32,000 nt of DNA from Aliivibrio fischeri ES114. GTDB lineage: Bacteria; Pseudomonadota; Gammaproteobacteria; Enterobacterales; Vibrionaceae. Position numbers and translations under genes: made by a program. The notes beneath the pieces were generated by a model. That model was not told the DNA's origin and did not search any database. It was given only the letters and a program-made list of their open reading frames with translations. Shown piece by piece: positions 21,624 through 32,000 of this stretch (position 1 is its first letter; every line of letters begins with the position of its first letter). The DNA lies in the NCBI RefSeq assembly GCF_000011805.1, contig NC_006841.2; one strand, written 5' to 3'.

Positions 21624-23054
21624 ATGAAATTTATTACTAATAAATATATTGTTTATTTGTTGATCTTTGTAGTTTTTGTACAATTTTTTGTCGTTAAAGA
21701 TTATGAGAACTTTGTTGATAATAATGTTAGAAGTACAATCGAGAGTATTGAATATAAACTTGATTCAGCCAAAGAAACAGTCGGTGAGTTACAAAAGTTT
21801 AAAGAGAAAAATTGTGAAGAAATGATGTTACCTTTACAGAAGATTGTTGCTTTAAACCCAATGATAAATAGCATTTCATTTGTTCGCGATGGTGCTTACT
21901 ATTGTAGCTCTATTGCTGGTAAAAAGGTGTCTTCTGCGGTATTACCTAAAAGAGAGATTCATATACATGAAAAGAATTACTTAACTGGAATGCCAAGTTT
22001 TTCTTATTATCATCAGTATAATGACGATCATGGGGTTCAATTTTACATGAAGGGGATCTCTGTCGATTTGGGCGATAGCCCTGTTGGCCATCTATCTTTA
22101 TCAAATAAAGAATACGTGATATCGAAAAACAATGTATTTAGTGTGTATGTGCCAAATGAAAAGCAGACACATAAATCAGAAAAGTACGATTTTGTAATTT
22201 TACTGGACTATAATGCTGAACTATCAATAAAAAATTATCTTATTAGTCATGTACTTACGATTGTTATCGTCTTACTGCTAATCATGCTTATTAAAGTATT
22301 ATCATTTAAGCTTTCGTTATTAGATATTGAATTGATAAGGTTAAAAAAAGCAATTAAAAACAATAAGATAGTTCCTTTCATACAACCTATTGTTGATGCT
22401 AATGAAAATATCATTGGAGGGGAGGTATTAGCTCGATGGATTACCTCTTCAGGTGAGGTTATTCCGCCGTTGTCTTTTATTCCTAAAATAGAAAAGTTTG
22501 GTTTAATTAATGCAATGACGAAATCCTTATTAAATCAGCTTAAAGTGTATGTAAATGAGCATCAGGTTCATGGATTAAAAGTAAGCGTAAATTTTACTGA
22601 AAGCTGTCTTTATGATGAAGAAATGTACGAATTGTGTAAAGAGTTATCGGGACACTTTATATTGATTTTAGAATTTACAGAATCTATGGAATTTGCAGAT
22701 AAAAATAAGATAATTTCGTACATGGAAAAGTTTAGAAAAATTGGCGTTCAATTTTCCCTTGATGATTATGGAACAGGCTATTCATCATTGAAATATTTAA
22801 ACTACTACCAGTTTGATGTTATCAAAATTGATAAATCATTTATTGATGATATAGAAACGAATCAGCACTCTATCAAAATTATCGAGAACATTATCTTATT
22901 AGCCAACAATTTAGATATTCAATTAGTTGCGGAAGGTGTTGAGAACCATCGACAAAAGAAAATTCTTAATGATTTGAATATTTCAGCACAGCAAGGATTT
23001 TACTATTTCAAACCAATGCCTTTGGATAATTTTCATTCCATAATGCGTGATTAA
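21624..23054 (+). CDS. Membrane c-di-GMP phosphodiesterase: CSS-motif periplasmic domain + EAL domain
   Basis: TM1, then a periplasmic domain with Cys64 and the YYCSS motif (Cys94), then TM2. EAL-domain residues are all present: GGEVLARW, VSVNFT, ILEFTES, DDYGTGYSSLKYL, KIDKSFI, VAEGVEN, QQGFYYFKP. GAAGGA RBS, 5 nt after the upstream stop. Confidence 0.85.
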   Translation: MKFITNKYIVYLLIFVVFVQFFVVKDYENFVDNNVRSTIESIEYKLDSAKETVGELQKFKEKNCEEMMLPLQKIVALNPMINSISFVRDGAYYCSSIAGKKVSSAVLPKREIHIHEKNYLTGMPSFSYYHQYNDDHGVQFYMKGISVDLGDSPVGHLSLSNKEYVISKNNVFSVYVPNEKQTHKSEKYDFVILLDYNAELSIKNYLISHVLTIVIVLLLIMLIKVLSFKLSLLDIELIRLKKAIKNNKIVPFIQPIVDANENIIGGEVLARWITSSGEVIPPLSFIPKIEKFGLINAMTKSLLNQLKVYVNEHQVHGLKVSVNFTESCLYDEEMYELCKELSGHFILILEFTESMEFADKNKIISYMEKFRKIGVQFSLDDYGTGYSSLKYLNYYQFDVIKIDKSFIDDIETNQHSIKIIENIILLANNLDIQLVAEGVENHRQKKILNDLNISAQQGFYYFKPMPLDNFHSIMRD

Positions 23055-23076
23055 AACAAAAGGCGCATAAATGAAA

Positions 23077-23107
23077 AAAGATCCGAGAATATTATTCACG
23101 GATCTTT
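23077..23107 (-). terminator. Rho-independent terminator of permease copy 1 (may also stop the convergent EAL gene)
   Basis: aaagatccg (23077-23085) pairs with cggatcttt (23099-23107). On the minus strand the hairpin is followed by TTTTTTCATTT. Confidence 0.7.
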
Positions 23108-23124
23108 AGGTGCTAAGGTATTAA

Positions 23125-24669
<1,545 letters not shown>

Positions 24670-24728
24670 GGCTCTGAATGTAGTTTCAGATACCGTTTTA
24701 TTATTGTTTTATTACGGTGTTGCTTAGT

Positions 24729-28312
<3,584 letters not shown>

Positions 28313-28363
28313 TTATAAATAGGTAAATATAAATCGTAGTAAATAACTCTCTGGTAAAAGATA

Positions 28364-28383
28364 TTAACTAAAGTTTTAGTAAA
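28364..28383. promoter_or_regulatory. 20-bp near-palindrome TTAACTAAAGTTTTAGTAAA upstream of ebgA (candidate EbgR operator, motif copy B)
   Basis: It differs from copy A only at the two symmetric positions 5 and 16 (G/C swapped). It lies 82-101 nt upstream of the ebgA start. Confidence 0.4.
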
Positions 28384-28573
28384 ACAAATCGGTAAATTCT
28401 TTTACTTTTAACTTGGTCACATAATGAACTGAGCTTTGTGAGCGTGGTAACGTTAATCAAGTGTATTGATACAATTCATTAACTTAAATGGCTGCTTTTG
28501 GATGATATAAGAACAAAGTGATGAATATGTGTTCGAAAAGGATAGAAGGAGTAAAGGGGGGGAGTTATTAATA

Positions 28574-28602
28574 TAAAAAAAGCAACGCCATAAACGTTGC
28601 TT
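28574..28602 (-). terminator. Rho-independent terminator of ebgR
   Basis: aagcaacg (28580-28587) pairs with cgttgctt (28595-28602). On the minus strand the hairpin is followed by TTTTTTT. Confidence 0.75.
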
Positions 28603-28631
28603 AATGTAGGTAGTAAACTTATTGGAATATT

Positions 28632-29627
<996 letters not shown>

Positions 29628-29704
29628 TCATCCTCCAGCCTTTAATTTTATAATATTGCTCCATGTTACTTAATAAATGATGATTTTGATACTTAAAAAT
29701 GGCT

Positions 29705-29724
29705 TTTACTAAAGTTTTACTGTG
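29705..29724. promoter_or_regulatory. Motif copy C, TTTACTAAAGTTTTACTGTG, upstream of ebgR (candidate autoregulatory operator)
   Basis: Contains the core TAAAGTTTTA (29710-19). The string TTTTACTAAAGTTTTACTGTG closely resembles TTTTACTAAAAGTTACTGTG at 18125-18144. Confidence 0.4.
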
Positions 29725-29728
29725 GTTG

Positions 29729-30508
29729 CTATTGAGATTTTTGATATAGGAAGCCAATAGGGGCAATAGCTTGATTAAATAGACGTTTTTTTTGAGCTAA
29801 AAAAAGCTCAGCAGTTGAAATAGCATCGACTAAAGCGTGATGAGCGGGGTAGTCAGGTAGCTTATATTGACGTCTAAGGGAGAATAAACGGAAATCTCTT
29901 TGATAACGGTTTTGTTGAATTGTATTTTGTTCAATTCTAAGCGTATCTAGCCAAATTATAGGTAAATTTGGCAATTGTAGAGAAAGGATAAATTGCTCTA
30001 AAAACCGCTGCTCAATAGTTGCTCCATGAACAACAAGAATATTGCTAGGTAAATTTGAAAAGAAACATTCCATTGCCTCTTCGAGTGAAATCCCCATTTT
30101 TTGTTGCTCAGGTAAAATGTGATGCAATGAGCGTGCGATATGCTCTCTTTCTTCATGTCCATCCTCTGCACTTATTGAGGTTGGTTCATTGATGATATGG
30201 TGCTGGGCACTGCTGAGTTTGATTACGCCATCAATAATGTGAACCCAACCAACGCTCACGATATGATCGGTTTTCGGATTTAACCCTGAGGTTTCAAAAT
30301 CCACAACGGTGAACGCCATATCATTACTGTTTTCTTTCGGGCTTGGATAAGATGATTTAAGAAAACAGACTAAATAATCAGGTAGCGTTAAATTTTGTTC
30401 AATTAATGCTTGTCTCTGCTCTTCTAAACGGTGCAATGGATGGCGATTAGAGAATAGATCCATCATATGAGTGATGATATTTTTGTTCTTTAATGATTTA
30501 TCAGGCAT
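29729..30508 (-). CDS. DEDDh-type 3'-5' exonuclease domain protein (DNA polymerase III epsilon-like)
   Basis: ExoI FTVVDFETSGL, ExoII-like LVVHGATIEQRFL, ExoIII HHALVDAISTAELFL. It starts 3 nt after the upstream stop. Confidence 0.8.
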   Translation of the reverse strand: MPDKSLKNKNIITHMMDLFSNRHPLHRLEEQRQALIEQNLTLPDYLVCFLKSSYPSPKENSNDMAFTVVDFETSGLNPKTDHIVSVGWVHIIDGVIKLSSAQHHIINEPTSISAEDGHEEREHIARSLHHILPEQQKMGISLEEAMECFFSNLPSNILVVHGATIEQRFLEQFILSLQLPNLPIIWLDTLRIEQNTIQQNRYQRDFRLFSLRRQYKLPDYPAHHALVDAISTAELFLAQKKRLFNQAIAPIGFLYQKSQ

Positions 30509-30511
30509 GTA

Positions 30512-32000
30512 CTAGACACCAAATTTCATTTTCATTAATTCTTGAAAGTTTGAAACGATACGAAATGCATCTTTTAAATGCTGACGTTCAAAACTACCAA
30601 ATAAATCAGGCTGTAGTTGACTATCAATGGGTGTGTCATTTTGAATCGCTTTTAATTGGTGTTGGAAACGCAAGCGATTTGCATAATGATAAGTTTCATT
30701 GAGATCTTGATATGTTGAATCGTTAAGAACCCCGACTTGGTGTAAGAATTCCATGCGCTCTGTAGTATTTAATGCAGTACTTTCTTGTAGTAGTGAATAA
30801 ATACGGATGAAATCAACCATACAAGAAATTGCGGCTTTTTTGATATTTAACACTTTATTATTGTTACCATCTTTTTCTAATACCAAATGCTTAAAGATGC
30901 CTAGTGGGGGGCGAGTTCTTAATGCATTACGTACAAGAGCAACGGTTAACTGCATATTATTGCTTACCAATTCATGGCGGCAGGAATCAACAGAGTCAAA
31001 GAGTGCTTCATCCCCATAAATTGGACGAATTTCTAAAAATACATTCAGATTAAGCAATAACTCGTATTCAGGGTTATTACTCCATTTACGGTAATATTCT
31101 TGCCAAATCTCAGCTTTTTGGCACCATTTCGGTGTAGCTGCCATAAAGCGACCTTTACATAAGGTGTAATCTAATTCTGAGAGTGCTTTACATACGTACA
31201 TCGAGAAATGATTAAAATAGATTCTGTCTGATTCTGTCGCGTCGTCAGCAAGGATAATGGCATTATCTTGATCTGATGCTAAATGAACTTCATTTCGAGC
31301 ATGAGAGCCCGCGACTATCCATGTAAATTTACAAGGTGGCTGACCGAATTGTTCAATGGCAAGTTCGATTAACCGGTACGTAAATGCATCATAAATCATA
31401 CTCAGTACTTGCCCAATAATACTTGGCGATGAATTGCTTTCCATCATCCCCTGAAACACAGCACTTCGTTGTTTGGATAAATCAATTAACGTCGAGATGG
31501 AATCAGCGTGACGAATTTTATCTAGTAAGAAAATAGATTGAACACTGTCATTTTGAATTAAATGTTGTGGGGTGATAAAGCCTGTTACCTGTTTTTGATG
31601 ATTAAGCACCGGAATATTTTGAATATTATGCTTCATCATCAATTGAACAGCCGACATCACTAAATCATCTTCATACACGGTATGAATTTCTTGGGTCATG
31701 ATAGAAGAGATAGGGTCATGAACATTTTTTGCTTGAGCAACCACACGTTTCGTCATGTCCTTATCGGTGATCATTCCAATTAGATGTTTATTTTCATCAA
31801 CAATAAAAGCACATGAAACGCCAACCACATTGCGCATTTGATGAGCTACAGCTTGAATCGTATCGGTAGGGGAGGCAATCGCTATGGTTGAATCCGCAAT
31901 ATCACTGTTAGGACGAAGGTAGTTTTGATGCGCATGCTGTTGGTTGTCTTGTTTACTATCTTGCGCTCGCAAACGCGTTTTTAAACTTAAAGCAAGAGAT
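30512..32000 (-). CDS. CBS-pair / DUF294 GlnD-like nucleotidyltransferase signal-transduction protein (N-terminus outside the window)
   Basis: Two CBS motifs (FIVDENKHLIGMITDKDM, IPVLNHQKQVTGFITPQHL) and the nucleotidyltransferase signature AGSHARNEVHLASDQDNAII. The frame stays open from the track's TTG (31972) to base 32000, and family members usually carry an additional N-terminal cNMP-binding domain. Confidence 0.8.
   Translation of the reverse strand, partial: SLALSLKTRLRAQDSKQDNQQHAHQNYLRPNSDIADSTIAIASPTDTIQAVAHQMRNVVGVSCAFIVDENKHLIGMITDKDMTKRVVAQAKNVHDPISSIMTQEIHTVYEDDLVMSAVQLMMKHNIQNIPVLNHQKQVTGFITPQHLIQNDSVQSIFLLDKIRHADSISTLIDLSKQRSAVFQGMMESNSSPSIIGQVLSMIYDAFTYRLIELAIEQFGQPPCKFTWIVAGSHARNEVHLASDQDNAIILADDATESDRIYFNHFSMYVCKALSELDYTLCKGRFMAATPKWCQKAEIWQEYYRKWSNNPEYELLLNLNVFLEIRPIYGDEALFDSVDSCRHELVSNNMQLTVALVRNALRTRPPLGIFKHLVLEKDGNNNKVLNIKKAAISCMVDFIRIYSLLQESTALNTTERMEFLHQVGVLNDSTYQDLNETYHYANRLRFQHQLKAIQNDTPIDSQLQPDLFGSFERQHLKDAFRIVSNFQELMKMKFGV

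Noticed and set aside
18141-23124. Mobile-element hallmarks around the AT-rich island (transposase, integrase, terminal inverted repeats, target-site duplication, tRNA)
   Set aside because: None were found. The only similarity between the two borders is a low-complexity A-rich string (AATGAAGAAAAAA versus AATGAAAAAAG). I therefore describe the island by composition and synteny break only, not as a mobile element.
28434-28454. lacO-like / CRP-like string TTTGTGAGCGTGGTAACGTTA upstream of ebgA, and the nearby 12-bp near-palindrome TGTATTGATACA
   Set aside because: The left half equals the lacO1 half-site TTGTGAGCG and the TGTGA half of a CRP site. The right half matches neither well (3/5 for CRP, 4/10 symmetry), so I cannot decide between operator, CRP site or chance.
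31970-31972. TTG start of the CBS/DUF294 gene given in the ORF track
   Set aside because: The frame remains open to the window edge and the family normally has a further N-terminal domain, so I treat the gene as truncated by the window.

Overview
This is a 32-kb chromosomal segment from an AT-rich gammaproteobacterium. Protein similarities and a GlyGly-CTERM sorting signal suggest a marine Vibrionaceae/Alteromonadales-type host, but that is inference only. From left to right the window holds: the 3' end of an MCP gene; a DUF457 membrane hydrolase; a 56-aa small membrane ORF missing from the ORF track; a YiaD-like OmpA lipoprotein; and a tightly packed five-gene minus-strand operon preceded by a candidate Fur box. 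That operon encodes an exported S9 oligopeptidase-B-like peptidase, a TonB-dependent receptor, a thermolysin-like Zn-metalloprotease with P-domain and GlyGly-CTERM, a DUF1566 lipoprotein and a small DUF1566 protein. Next comes an ohrR/ohr/doxX peroxide-stress unit, then a minus-strand locus collinear with E. coli ebgR-ebgA-ebgC-ygjI-ygjJ-ygjK. In that locus the ygjI-type permease is duplicated. The two copies are separated by about 5 kb of very AT-rich DNA carrying, on the opposite strand, an operon of two paralogous Cache-like GGDEF cyclases plus a CSS-motif EAL phosphodiesterase. The window ends with a DEDDh exonuclease / CBS-DUF294 nucleotidyltransferase pair, the latter cut by the window edge. 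I recognised no rRNA, tRNA, CRISPR array, transposase or integrase. The best candidates for something new are (1) the all-exported protease/TonB-receptor/DUF1566 operon, (2) the c-di-GMP island wedged into the ebg-ygj locus and its uncharacterised periplasmic sensor domains, and (3) a recurrent TTTTACTAAA/TAAAGTTTTA word in five of the six intergenic regions of the ebg-ygj locus, with a related variant in the sixth. Hand-derived coordinates of hairpins and motifs may be off by 1-2 nt.
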